The translations under genes and the position numbers were made by a program. Under the pieces are notes generated by a model. It saw nothing but the letters and a program-made list of their open reading frames with translations, was not told the origin of the DNA and did not search any database. 64,000 nucleotides of DNA from IMG/VR virus record IMGVR_UViG_3300020048_000138, positions 103-64,102 of that record; one strand, given 5' to 3'. The stretch is from a virus. Taxonomy: Duplodnaviria; Caudoviricetes. Of this stretch, positions 29,296 through 38,963 are shown in pieces (position 1 is the first letter of the stretch; every line of letters starts with the position of its first letter).

Positions 29296-29654
29296 TATAC
29301 AGCCTCCTTCTTGTTTTGGTAAAGTATACGCAAACTACCCGCGTAGTCCACAGGTTGCAAGTCGTCGAATACGCCTTCACCAGACAAAGTTGTCTGGGCT
29401 AGCGTATCGTAAGTTCCTGTGACAGCAAGCGGGAGTGACGTTACGCCATCTGCCACAGGAACAAACTTAGCCGTTATCTCTAAACTAGAGTCTACTACTA
29501 CTTCACTACCATTTGTGATTACTACATTACTACCTTCATATACGCCAGTAGCAACATGAGGTGTAGCAGCTTTATACCATACGCCTGTGTCAAGGTATAC
29601 CGCGTTATTTACACTAACTCCTGCATCAATTGTTTGGTTAATTAGTCTTGACAT
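29295..29654 (-). CDS. Virion-associated hypothetical protein
   Basis: AVYLDTGVWYKA motif resembling a region of the 1183-aa fiber. Confidence 0.55.
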   Translation of the reverse strand: MSRLINQTIDAGVSVNNAVYLDTGVWYKAATPHVATGVYEGSNVVITNGSEVVVDSSLEITAKFVPVADGVTSLPLAVTGTYDTLAQTTLSGEGVFDDLQPVDYAGSLRILYQNKKEAV

Positions 29655-30118
29655 CTACTAACCTCCCACTCACTTGTAAGAAAACAATCAACAAGCATAA
29701 GTTCACAAGGGGCTTCTTTTCCAGTAACACAATGTCTTACACCAAAACTATCAAGAGCAAACTTTATAACTTCTACACAGTTATACTGTTCTGTTCTATT
29801 TAAAGGCTTTTTAAGTATGTACGCTAAACTTCTCAAATAGTCATAATGTTTGTTTATAAGACTTAAAGAAGTCTCTAAAAGTACAAGTCTGGATTCAACA
29901 TTACGTACAAACTTAGTATACTTGACAGTGGAGTATATTTTTCGTTTATTAAACTCTACTATATCAAACATTTTAACACCTGTAAGTCTAGCTTCAATAA
30001 ACAACTTATCGCCTACAGATATGAATACATGGGAAACCGGCGAACCGGTTACCCATGATACTAATTTACCAAATAGTGTATCTGGTTTTTGAAAATAAAT
30101 AGTCAATGGGTCGTGCAT
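29642..30118 (-). CDS. Permuted papain-like amidase (YiiX/YebB, permuted NlpC/P60)
   Basis: SHVFI precedes YDY and YNCVE (His before Cys). Confidence 0.75.
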   Translation of the reverse strand: MHDPLTIYFQKPDTLFGKLVSWVTGSPVSHVFISVGDKLFIEARLTGVKMFDIVEFNKRKIYSTVKYTKFVRNVESRLVLLETSLSLINKHYDYLRSLAYILKKPLNRTEQYNCVEVIKFALDSFGVRHCVTGKEAPCELMLVDCFLTSEWEVSRCQD

Positions 30119-30119
30119 G

Positions 30120-30578
30120 TCAACCTCCTACAACCGCATTTTCTTCAGTCCACTTCCACTCAAGACACTCTGCTTGGTAGTCTTCTATGTTTGTGATAAT
30201 TGTTTCTAAGTTACTCAAAGAAACGGGGTGATAGTTATTGTGGTAGTCTTTAATAACTATACCGGTTGCTCCGTTTCTTTGAGCCCGCTTTAAACCAACA
30301 CTAAACAGGAGGTATGAACGCTCAGTGCAGTCGACGCGGATAGCACTACCAGATGCATCTTGTACTGTTGTTATGCACCCACTGTCTATCTTGGCTGCAT
30401 ACATTTCTTTTATTTCTTTCAACTGTTGTTGAACTATCTTATCCTTATCAATAACCCATTCAAGACTGTTAAGGTCGAATATGTGATTGATAGTTGGTCT
30501 ATTGTCTATTTTAATGTGGTCAGCATGTTGCTGGTCACCATTATAAACAATACCTGTATTTGTATCTACCCAAGCCAT
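30120..30578 (-). CDS. Tail fiber assembly protein (DUF4376-like)
   Basis: Follows the fiber gene; W...D...N.YHPVSL pattern. Confidence 0.6.
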   Translation of the reverse strand: MAWVDTNTGIVYNGDQQHADHIKIDNRPTINHIFDLNSLEWVIDKDKIVQQQLKEIKEMYAAKIDSGCITTVQDASGSAIRVDCTERSYLLFSVGLKRAQRNGATGIVIKDYHNNYHPVSLSNLETIITNIEDYQAECLEWKWTEENAVVGG

Positions 30579-30587
30579 AATTACCTC

Positions 30588-33500
30588 CTACCAACCTCTG
30601 TCAATTACTATTCTGTAGTAGTTAAAATCACTATTAACTACGTTTCTTGGTGCCCCAACTTCATACTCTGTTTTTATACAAGAGTTAGTGTCATACACAC
30701 TTGTGTCGCCAGTATATACTTTTATACGGTCATGGTCCACAGCTGTTAATCCGCCGAAACCATAATAAGTAGAATACGTATCTGTTATAAATGGTACAGG
30801 TCGCATTTCACCACTCTGTAAATCGTATGTCCAAAACAACTGAACATTGCGTGGGGCAAGGCCTAACAAGTTGTTAAATACGTAGTTAGAGTTTTCTGCT
30901 ACATAAAACCAATCTTGCATCTGCTGACCTTGGAAACTGTACGACTTATATGTACTTATGTCCAAGTCACCTACAGTCGCGTCGCCTACGAAAATAGTTG
31001 TTTCATTAACAAACTGAGTAGTACCGTAGTTGTATTTGTACATACGCATTTCAGATATGTCATATACATACTCAAACTTCTCGAGTAAGTCGAACGCATT
31101 CATTTCAAGGTTACCAGCACCAGAAGTAGCTGTTACTCGTATCTCATAGCCAAGGTAAGGCGTAGAGTTACTAAGTTTAAACATTTTCTTTTCTCTAGCT
31201 ATCCAGGAAGTGTAACCTGTAAAAATACCGTCTGACAAGTATTTGTGACATTTAACACCACTACCATTATCAGTAAACAGAACAGCAGCGCCTCCTGCAG
31301 TTAATGATACTTGGAATGTATCTGTTGTTTTGTTTATAATGTAGTAGTTAACGTTCGGGAAAAGTTCGGCTGGAAGTAAGTTACCATACAACTGTATTAT
31401 GTCACCATTGCTAAATCCATGGGCTGTACTTGTTATAAAATCAGTAGTACTGTTAGGAGTACATGTTTTTTCAGGTCCAAAGGCACCAAGTAGTACAAAT
31501 CTACTAGACTTGACAGAAGTACCGTTAGATGTAAAGTTAATGGCCACACCACCTAACGTTGCTGCTAATTTAAACGTGTTAGTAGCGGAGTCCCGTACAA
31601 AGTAATCAGTAAGAGCACTTAAACCAGAAGGAAATACACTAGCTGTTATTTGTACAATGTCGCCATTAGCATATCCATGACCATTGCATGTCATAGTATC
31701 ATTGGTATGGTCAGGTGTTAAAGTTTTGTCTGTGTCAATACCGTATACTTTAAAAGTAGCAGGTGCTCTAGTAGTTTGAGCTGACGCTCTCAAACAAAAC
31801 CGGTTTACAACCGCATAGGTTGGTAACATTGTGCGCAAATTTCCGCCCTGGGAGGCAGTGCCCCAAAATGATGTTGCAGACACGTCATATACGTTAAAAC
31901 CAGTTCCTGCACTTTCATTTGAAGCTGAAACTACAAATCCGTCCTGTGACGCAGCAAACATAATTGGCACCAATGATTTCTGGTCACATACAGTAGGTAC
32001 CATGGACAGAAGTGATTCTTTATTGTTTACATACAAAGGTCTTGCATTTGTTGTAAAGTACGTTAAAGCACCAACGCCTGTTCTTTTTATACCAAAATAG
32101 TGACGTGTGTTAGAAGGTAGTGAAGCCCAAGCGGCTGGTTGTGTAGCAGTAATAATAGTTTCAAAGTAGTCTTTATTAGCGTTAGCAAAAGCTAATACAA
32201 GTGGTTCATAAAGTGAAGCAAGAATACTAATCTGTTTAACAGTATACTTTGTAAGAAACGTAGGTTTACCGAATGTGTATGTATCCAAATTTGTTCTAGT
32301 TATGTTAGCAATACCACGTTCATTTTTTCCAGTTAGAATTGACTGTCTACGGGTAGCCGAGGATGATGCTACTATTTCAGGTATCTGGTCATCCAGAGTA
32401 TCGAAAGCTTTTTGGGCAGTATCATCTGCTGCCGACAATACATTAGTAAAACTAGAAGTGTCTGGTTGAATAGCACTGGCTGGATGTTGGTTTATACTGT
32501 CTCTTTCTGACAAAGTAGCATGAGAACTAGATGTAGTAAACTGTACGGCGCCTTCCCATATACGAGGATGTGCTGTACCGTTTGTTGTGCCCTGTTGAAT
32601 TACAATTTTACCAACATAAATAGCATGGGCAGTAACAGTAGTAGGAGGTGTAGGTAAACTTTCACCAAGAGCGGCAGCCGCTGTATCATACTGATTACCA
32701 TGTATATAGTAAGCATCATTGTCGGCTTCAACACCACGGAAAAAGTATTTAGCAACCCATTTACCTGACGCAAGACTTAGTCTATTTGTACCATTAGAAT
32801 AAAAGTCAGAATCATACAAGTTTACAGTGTTATTAAGCCAGTTACCACTAGACAAATAGTATTCGTACAATTCACCATCCGTACCAGCTACGTTAGCATC
32901 CAACTGGTTTAATGTAATACCAAACCAAGCAGACCCTGAACTTATTGTACTTATTCTAGTAGCTGCTGTTGATAAATTAAGGCCGGTTTGACGTTCCAGT
33001 CCATGAAGTGCTACATCTTTGAAATACAACTTGGCTTCAAGAGCTGTACCTGAGTTGTCGTAATTCATTACATGTAAATCAGTACCTTCACGTATAACTC
33101 TGTAAGTAGGTACACAAGTACCACATGTAAGAAACGAAGAAGGACTTTGTGTTACGACCCATTGTGGACTACCGTTGTTATAATCACTGTATACGTAGTT
33201 AACAGACTTGTCTACAAAAACTAAAGGACTACTGATAGGTGTTTTCATTTTAACAAGTAAACCACTTCCATCAAGACTTGTTAAGTAGTTAGCATAACCT
33301 ATGCTAGTTATGGACAAAGTCCCGTCTCCGTGGTCCGTAAAAGCTGGTAAAACAACCACGCCAATGTTGCCTATAAAAGAATCTAACTTAATATCCAAAA
33401 GTATAACACCATCAGTGTTGTTTAATCCAAAGCCCATAAACACGGCATGTGGAGTAGCTGTTAAAGTTAAAGCTACAGGGTCCCAGTAATATGCTACACC

Positions 33501-34139
33501 TGGCTGAATAAGGCTACTAATACCTGTAGTACAAACACCCTTAGTAATAACATTGTTTGTAGTACCTTGTCTTATACCTTGGGGAGGTTTAACACTTGTA
33601 CATGGTGCCCATGTATTAGCAGCGGAACTGTAAACAAAACCGTTGGATGGTACTGTATTAAACGTTTGACTTGCTATTATAATACTACTAAGTACGGATG
33701 AAGTACCTGTCATCATAGCAGTCCAAGAAGACCAACCTTCCCCGTTGTAGTAACGCATATAGCCACGAGATTCCGTGTCTCCTATAGCCAATGTGTAAGC
33801 CATCTGAACTATACGTGTATTATTACCTGACGGCATAACCCAAACCAAATAAGAGGTTGAAGGAGTGGCCTCAGGCGCATTAGCCATCGGTGTTACTTCC
33901 TGTGTTGATATGTTTTTATACAAACCACCAGCAGTAAGAGTATTAAAATTCTGGTCTGTTACTTCCCGCGCGTTACGGTTTGCAACCGCTGGATTCGTTA
34001 AAAATGCACTGGAACTACCCGCGGCTATAGTAGCAAAAGATATTCTTTTTACTATACCGTCAACAGAGTCCTTCATCAAGAACGTGTCACTTGGTGCTGG
34101 TGACGTTGACTTTAGCGTATAACTATCCCATAATGGCAT
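30588..34139 (-). CDS. Large tail fiber / receptor-binding protein
   Basis: 1183 aa, Thr/Ser/Gly-rich, gp53-like segment WSSWTAM, two internal HG..GD repeats, discoidin-like segment. Confidence 0.75.
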   Translation of the reverse strand: MPLWDSYTLKSTSPAPSDTFLMKDSVDGIVKRISFATIAAGSSSAFLTNPAVANRNAREVTDQNFNTLTAGGLYKNISTQEVTPMANAPEATPSTSYLVWVMPSGNNTRIVQMAYTLAIGDTESRGYMRYYNGEGWSSWTAMMTGTSSVLSSIIIASQTFNTVPSNGFVYSSAANTWAPCTSVKPPQGIRQGTTNNVITKGVCTTGISSLIQPGVAYYWDPVALTLTATPHAVFMGFGLNNTDGVILLDIKLDSFIGNIGVVVLPAFTDHGDGTLSITSIGYANYLTSLDGSGLLVKMKTPISSPLVFVDKSVNYVYSDYNNGSPQWVVTQSPSSFLTCGTCVPTYRVIREGTDLHVMNYDNSGTALEAKLYFKDVALHGLERQTGLNLSTAATRISTISSGSAWFGITLNQLDANVAGTDGELYEYYLSSGNWLNNTVNLYDSDFYSNGTNRLSLASGKWVAKYFFRGVEADNDAYYIHGNQYDTAAAALGESLPTPPTTVTAHAIYVGKIVIQQGTTNGTAHPRIWEGAVQFTTSSSHATLSERDSINQHPASAIQPDTSSFTNVLSAADDTAQKAFDTLDDQIPEIVASSSATRRQSILTGKNERGIANITRTNLDTYTFGKPTFLTKYTVKQISILASLYEPLVLAFANANKDYFETIITATQPAAWASLPSNTRHYFGIKRTGVGALTYFTTNARPLYVNNKESLLSMVPTVCDQKSLVPIMFAASQDGFVVSASNESAGTGFNVYDVSATSFWGTASQGGNLRTMLPTYAVVNRFCLRASAQTTRAPATFKVYGIDTDKTLTPDHTNDTMTCNGHGYANGDIVQITASVFPSGLSALTDYFVRDSATNTFKLAATLGGVAINFTSNGTSVKSSRFVLLGAFGPEKTCTPNSTTDFITSTAHGFSNGDIIQLYGNLLPAELFPNVNYYIINKTTDTFQVSLTAGGAAVLFTDNGSGVKCHKYLSDGIFTGYTSWIAREKKMFKLSNSTPYLGYEIRVTATSGAGNLEMNAFDLLEKFEYVYDISEMRMYKYNYGTTQFVNETTIFVGDATVGDLDISTYKSYSFQGQQMQDWFYVAENSNYVFNNLLGLAPRNVQLFWTYDLQSGEMRPVPFITDTYSTYYGFGGLTAVDHDRIKVYTGDTSVYDTNSCIKTEYEVGAPRNVVNSDFNYYRIVIDRGW

Positions 34140-34148
34140 ACATACCTC

Positions 34149-34553
34149 CTATATGTCAGTAGTTTGAAAAGGCTGTGAGTTATGGTCTAAAATTAACTCA
34201 CCATTTGTATCTTGTAAATATACATCATAAAAAATACCTACAGACAAGTTCCCTTCAGCTGTACCTACGCCAGCAATAATTCCGGTATTAGTTTTAGTTA
34301 ATGTACCGTCCGTATTAATGTAGTAAGTAGTTCCTGCTTCAAAACCTGCTTTAAGTGTTTTATTTACAGTTATTTCATTTTTGTAAACACTGTCAACTGG
34401 GTCTTTTAATGTAAATACACCACCTGCTGTAAGTTTTGTAAGTAATGCATTAGTATCACCTACGTTCTGGAAACGTAATGTTTTCAAAGCACTATGGTTT
34501 TTGGCTACTTTACCAAAAATAACAAAACCACTGGATGTAACAATACTTGCCAT
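34149..34553 (-). CDS. Virion-associated hypothetical protein
   Basis: GTTYYINTDGTLTKT motif similar to PGVAYYWDPVALTLT in the fiber. Confidence 0.55.
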   Translation of the reverse strand: MASIVTSSGFVIFGKVAKNHSALKTLRFQNVGDTNALLTKLTAGGVFTLKDPVDSVYKNEITVNKTLKAGFEAGTTYYINTDGTLTKTNTGIIAGVGTAEGNLSVGIFYDVYLQDTNGELILDHNSQPFQTTDI

Positions 34554-34561
34554 AATAACTC

Positions 34562-35788
34562 CTATACGTGGTCGTTAATAGTTATGTTACCAAGTGCCCA
34601 TGTGGACTTTTCAGGTTTAGCTACTAAACCGTCTTCAATGTCTATAAAGGTAACGCTAGGAGGATTTGTTACGCCTACTAAAGCAGCATTTATAGATATT
34701 ATGTTTTCGTTTTGTATCTGTGATGCTAAACCATTAAAGCCAAGTACATTAACGTCTTTTCCAACGCCAAGGGACATTCCCCACGCCTGGATAGAGGCTT
34801 TAATCGCGTCCTTTTCAACAGCTGTCAATAAAGATTTTACGGTAAGGTCAACAGACGCATAAATAGGCACATCAAGCGGTCTTGTAAAAGTAGCAATATG
34901 GGCTCTGTTTCTTCTGTCGTAAACAGTATAGTTAGGGGCAGAACCGTCACCATATATTGTAGCGCCAGCGCCATGTGCTGTAAATATAGTTTGTGCTATT
35001 TCCTGGTCTCTGGAATTAACAGGCGCGTCCTGTTGTTCTATTATAACTTCAATACTATGGGCTGGTCTACCTCTTGTATCTGTAACTGAACTGTCATTAT
35101 TTATACAGTCAATGTAAGTCAATGTAGGTTTAGTTTCGTCCTTGTTCAAATCCGTTAAAGCCTGTACAATGCCCCCTAACGTAGCAGCATTAACAATAGA
35201 TATATTGTCCTGTCTTCTAGTTTTAACGGCAGAATTTGTCTCTATGTCACGGCCAGGACTAACAGGATTAGGCTGTTCAATGGTTGTAATACCGTCTATA
35301 TAAGTTTCAATTGTAGTAACTGTGTCAGCTAAGCCTGTGTTAGGTCCAGTACTTGTACAAACAAAACTAGCTTCAACGTAACCCGCTATAGGGATAGTAT
35401 ACTCAATCTCTGTTACATACTTTATGTCAGGATTTATGTTAGATACTATAGTAAAACCTATAGGAATAACTATACCCACAGTGCTATTTATTTTTACTCC
35501 TACAATACGACTTGGTACTGCTTCCAGTCTTTTCATATTAATAAGAGCTATGAGTTCGTCCAAACTAACGTCTTCAGCAAATGTTATGCTTCTAGCATTA
35601 TACACAGCTTCAAGTACATTCCATAAGTCAGCTTCACGTTCAGACATGTTAAGCATAAACTGTCCATACAAAGTACGTTCATCGAATACAGCTTCACTGT
35701 CTATGACTAGTATAGTAGCTTTTATTTCATCTTGTATAACGGACATAGGCTTTTTAACAAAACCGTTTGGTGTACTACCGTAACTCAT
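34562..35788 (-). CDS. Baseplate J-like protein
   Basis: CTSTGPN, GRDIETNS, RPAHSIEVI. Confidence 0.9.
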   Translation of the reverse strand: MSYGSTPNGFVKKPMSVIQDEIKATILVIDSEAVFDERTLYGQFMLNMSEREADLWNVLEAVYNARSITFAEDVSLDELIALINMKRLEAVPSRIVGVKINSTVGIVIPIGFTIVSNINPDIKYVTEIEYTIPIAGYVEASFVCTSTGPNTGLADTVTTIETYIDGITTIEQPNPVSPGRDIETNSAVKTRRQDNISIVNAATLGGIVQALTDLNKDETKPTLTYIDCINNDSSVTDTRGRPAHSIEVIIEQQDAPVNSRDQEIAQTIFTAHGAGATIYGDGSAPNYTVYDRRNRAHIATFTRPLDVPIYASVDLTVKSLLTAVEKDAIKASIQAWGMSLGVGKDVNVLGFNGLASQIQNENIISINAALVGVTNPPSVTFIDIEDGLVAKPEKSTWALGNITINDHV

Positions 35789-36150
35789 ACCTGTACCTCC
35801 TCGCTGAATGATATAGGACCAAAGATTGTATCAACTTTAAATGTAACGTACAAACGTCTAAGTCTAGCATCTTTAGTCATATTAAAATTAATTATTTTAC
35901 GCACGCCCGGTACTTCACGTATTTCTTTCTTTAAGTAGTAAGACATACGACTAAATGACGCGGACTTTTCAAAAAATTCTGTCAAGTAAGGTATACCTAT
36001 AACAGTATTAAAAAAACTCTCCCCTTGAAAAGTTTGAAATCTTTGTTTAAGATGTTGCACAATAAAAGCACCATCCTGTACAGTTTTCAAGTCACCTTTT
36101 TCTGTTATAAGATAACCATTGTCTATGTCCATTTGTATATCTCTGTACAT
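35785..36150 (-). CDS. Baseplate wedge/sheath initiator (gp25/DUF2634-like)
   Basis: QRFQTFQGESFFNTVIGIPY...EVPGVRKI. Confidence 0.85.
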   Translation of the reverse strand: MYRDIQMDIDNGYLITEKGDLKTVQDGAFIVQHLKQRFQTFQGESFFNTVIGIPYLTEFFEKSASFSRMSYYLKKEIREVPGVRKIINFNMTKDARLRRLYVTFKVDTIFGPISFSEEVQV

Positions 36151-36158
36151 AGTACCTC

Positions 36159-36362
36159 CTAAGATATTGTTCCAGAACCAGGTCCAGAAACACCACCACC
36201 AGTTGTTACACCTGACACGGACGCAACTGCTACAACCGTGTTGGTTGTTAAATATGTAACTAAGGCATCGCCGAACTGTTTCCAGGATTCCACTGCCGTT
36301 GGTTCTGTTACGCCCATTCCTGTGGCGATTGCTAGACCCAACGCTTGCCCATTAAGTGCCAT
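36159..36362 (-). CDS. Small baseplate-associated protein (spike tip candidate)
   Basis: Gly-rich C-terminus; lies between the spike and gp25-like genes. Confidence 0.5.
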   Translation of the reverse strand: MALNGQALGLAIATGMGVTEPTAVESWKQFGDALVTYLTTNTVVAVASVSGVTTGGGVSGPGSGTIS

Positions 36363-36371
36363 GTTTGCCTC

Positions 36372-37049
36372 CTATACTTTTAATGTAGCCAGTTTAGTTT
36401 TAGCTGCGTTTAAAGCGACTAAAGTGTCTGGTGTGAACGGTTGTGGACCCATCATTGTTAGTGTTTTAGCACTTATTAAGTCCTGTATTAGTTCATCCAT
36501 AATGGCCAGTAACTCGTTAGTGTCATTTTTTATAGCAACTTTACCATTTTCTTTTAACTCGATTCTTACTTTGTCGTGTTGTATAATAACATCATCAGCA
36601 TTCACGTTACTAACAGCTAAACCGACTGGTAAACCACCAGGCATAAATATAGCGTCACTTAAACAATGGTGTCTAAAGTCATACACAGGATATGTTTCGC
36701 CTTTGCTTAATATATATTCCTCGATGGACCTACTTGTGAACAGGATTAAACCCTTGTCTCCAGTTTTCAATGGAAAATGAATAAAAGATTTACCTCCGTT
36801 AAACACAGGAAATACAACAAGTACATTAAATACTTGTTCCAATTCTTTAGTGTCCATTTGACCTGGGTCTACTTCTTCATTGTTTTCATTGTCGCCAATA
36901 GTATTAACTGGCAGTCTTTTCTTCATTAAAGGTTTAACAACAGCTATTTGTTTAGTAGCATCATAACTAACAATTTTGCCAGGTATAACTGTATGTACGT
37001 CAAGCAACATATCGTCAACTATGTCTTCAATAAGTTGTACTAAACTCAT
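36372..37049 (-). CDS. Baseplate central spike (gp45/gp138-like)
   Basis: VHTVIPGKIVSYD, FPLKTGD, RHHCLSDAIF. Confidence 0.88.
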   Translation of the reverse strand: MSLVQLIEDIVDDMLLDVHTVIPGKIVSYDATKQIAVVKPLMKKRLPVNTIGDNENNEEVDPGQMDTKELEQVFNVLVVFPVFNGGKSFIHFPLKTGDKGLILFTSRSIEEYILSKGETYPVYDFRHHCLSDAIFMPGGLPVGLAVSNVNADDVIIQHDKVRIELKENGKVAIKNDTNELLAIMDELIQDLISAKTLTMMGPQPFTPDTLVALNAAKTKLATLKV

Positions 37050-37891
37050 ACTAACTCCATTTTACATTTCCAGTTATCTTCAAAGTTACTACCGTTTATA
37101 CTAAGTTCACTTATTGTATAGTAGCCATTCAATGTTTCACAGTCCACTTCAATAATGTCACCCACTTTTAAGTTAGGATTAAGTACAGTATTAATTTCTA
37201 TTGTACCATTTGACTTAATAACTGGTGTACCAATCAAACCAGTGTTAGGTCCAAAACTAGCTGTTTTTCTAGTAGACTGTGTAATTTTCCACTTCTTAGG
37301 TGCTATTATCAAAGCTTTATCTTGTATGTAAACCTTGTAATTATATGGTTGTAAAAGACGGATAAGTATATTTATAACTCTATCCTGTTCTGTTAAACCA
37401 TTCTTCATAGTGTTATACAATGTTTTTGTATAAGCTTTTTTGGAAAATTCTGAAAATTCTTTGTCTACAGTAATACCAAGACTTTTAAGAACTTTTTTGC
37501 AGTCTTCTACAACCGTTCTGACCAAAGTACCGGGCGCGTAACTTTTTGACATAACCGCATTTTGTAGAGCATACTGTCCATCAAATGCTGTAATGTCCAC
37601 TACTGTGTCTACGCCTTGTTTCGACCAATTCATAGTGGCTACGTCGCCTATAAATAACACATTATGTAATTCTTCATAACCAGCGTCTATAACTATCTGT
37701 AAATCTTTAGCATTCTTTAAGTCATTGTAAGTATCAACTAACATATTGTATACTTTAAGTTTACATTCATTTGCAGCTTTCTCTGTATTTTTAACAATGT
37801 CAAAAGTTATATGTAAATTACGTATCTCTCGCCCAGCACCATTACGAGCACCTATGCTCACTGACATGTATTTACCGTAGTATAAAGTCAT
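37046..37891 (-). CDS. Baseplate hub protein
   Basis: KVYNM, IDAGY, FDG, TGLIGTP, LNPNLKVG. Confidence 0.82.
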   Translation of the reverse strand: MTLYYGKYMSVSIGARNGAGREIRNLHITFDIVKNTEKAANECKLKVYNMLVDTYNDLKNAKDLQIVIDAGYEELHNVLFIGDVATMNWSKQGVDTVVDITAFDGQYALQNAVMSKSYAPGTLVRTVVEDCKKVLKSLGITVDKEFSEFSKKAYTKTLYNTMKNGLTEQDRVINILIRLLQPYNYKVYIQDKALIIAPKKWKITQSTRKTASFGPNTGLIGTPVIKSNGTIEINTVLNPNLKVGDIIEVDCETLNGYYTISELSINGSNFEDNWKCKMELV

Positions 37892-38214
37892 TGTATAATA
37901 ACCTCATTATCAAAGTACAATTTACTATCAGCGCCTAGTGTCTCAAAGTTAGGTTCAACTAAAGACTTGCTATCATTCATTACAAACAACCAATAAGGGA
38001 ATAAGCCAGCCACAACTACATTCTGGATTAAAGGTGTATTAATTAACAACTTTATACCTGCATATAGTACTGTGCCATTAATATCCTTTATAGTCATAAA
38101 CCATCTATTTATACGGTCATTGTATTGAAACTCAAACAAATAAGTAGTTTCATCAATGTCCATAGAAAATTCAAACCAAGGACCTTGTACAGTTATAGGT
38201 ATTTCAATTAGCAT
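37888..38214 (-). CDS. Baseplate/tail protein (DUF6983-like)
   Basis: YNDRINRWFM...GIKL; conserved position after the tube initiator. Confidence 0.7.
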   Translation of the reverse strand: MLIEIPITVQGPWFEFSMDIDETTYLFEFQYNDRINRWFMTIKDINGTVLYAGIKLLINTPLIQNVVVAGLFPYWLFVMNDSKSLVEPNFETLGADSKLYFDNEVIIQ

Positions 38215-38222
38215 TTAACCTC

Positions 38223-38960
38223 CTATAAACCTACAGTAGTGCCAGCCGCTTTAGCTAACCCGTTCGCTATAACAGACCCTCTAGGGGTTTTAGCTTGCTG
38301 TTGAGCTTGTTTGCTTGCTGTTTTACTTTGTTTTTTTCCACCATTCTTTTTATTACCAGCTTTCTTTTTAAGTTCTGGTTTAGTCCTAGCCACCATGGAT
38401 GTTTCAGGCATATCAATTTCTTTAACAGAAACGAACTCCACTTCCTCTAGTGTCAAAGAGAATTTCAAACAATCCTGACTATCATCATCATAGTTAATAT
38501 CAATTCTAGTAGCTTTAAAAGGATAAAACAAGTCAAAACTTGTTTCAATACTTAATATAGCATTAGGTTCTAAAGCTGTGTATATGAAAGTTTTAGCTTC
38601 ATCTAAGTACTCATTAATTTCTTCAGGTGCTGCATCACCGCCTAACGATTTAGCTTGGTTTAAGGCAGATGTAGCTATATTAGCATAGTCTTCATAAGCT
38701 AAAGGTGACCCAGATACAAAACAGTCCAAGGTTATGTCTGTTGGTTGTTTTTCTGAGTGGTCTATAAAGGACTCCCCGAATTCCTTAGGGTGTTTTGATA
38801 CTTTCTGACTAAGTTTTATCTGCTCAGACAATGTTACGTCAACTTCAAACACAAGTATTGCATTATCATAAGAACGTTCAGGAAAATCTTGTGCGACAAA
38901 TATAGCCATTACACATCTTTTTTCTGCGAATATGTCAGATAAAAAAGCTGAAAATGTCAT
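38223..38960 (-). CDS. Tail tube initiator-like baseplate protein
   Basis: SKHPKEFG...DHSEKQP; follows the tape measure gene. Confidence 0.7.
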   Translation of the reverse strand: MTFSAFLSDIFAEKRCVMAIFVAQDFPERSYDNAILVFEVDVTLSEQIKLSQKVSKHPKEFGESFIDHSEKQPTDITLDCFVSGSPLAYEDYANIATSALNQAKSLGGDAAPEEINEYLDEAKTFIYTALEPNAILSIETSFDLFYPFKATRIDINYDDDSQDCLKFSLTLEEVEFVSVKEIDMPETSMVARTKPELKKKAGNKKNGGKKQSKTASKQAQQQAKTPRGSVIANGLAKAAGTTVGL

Positions 38961-38963
38961 AGT

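Noticed and set aside
27391-34139. Possible diversity-generating retroelement acting on the fibers
   Set aside because: No reverse transcriptase and no template/variable repeat pair seen in the window.
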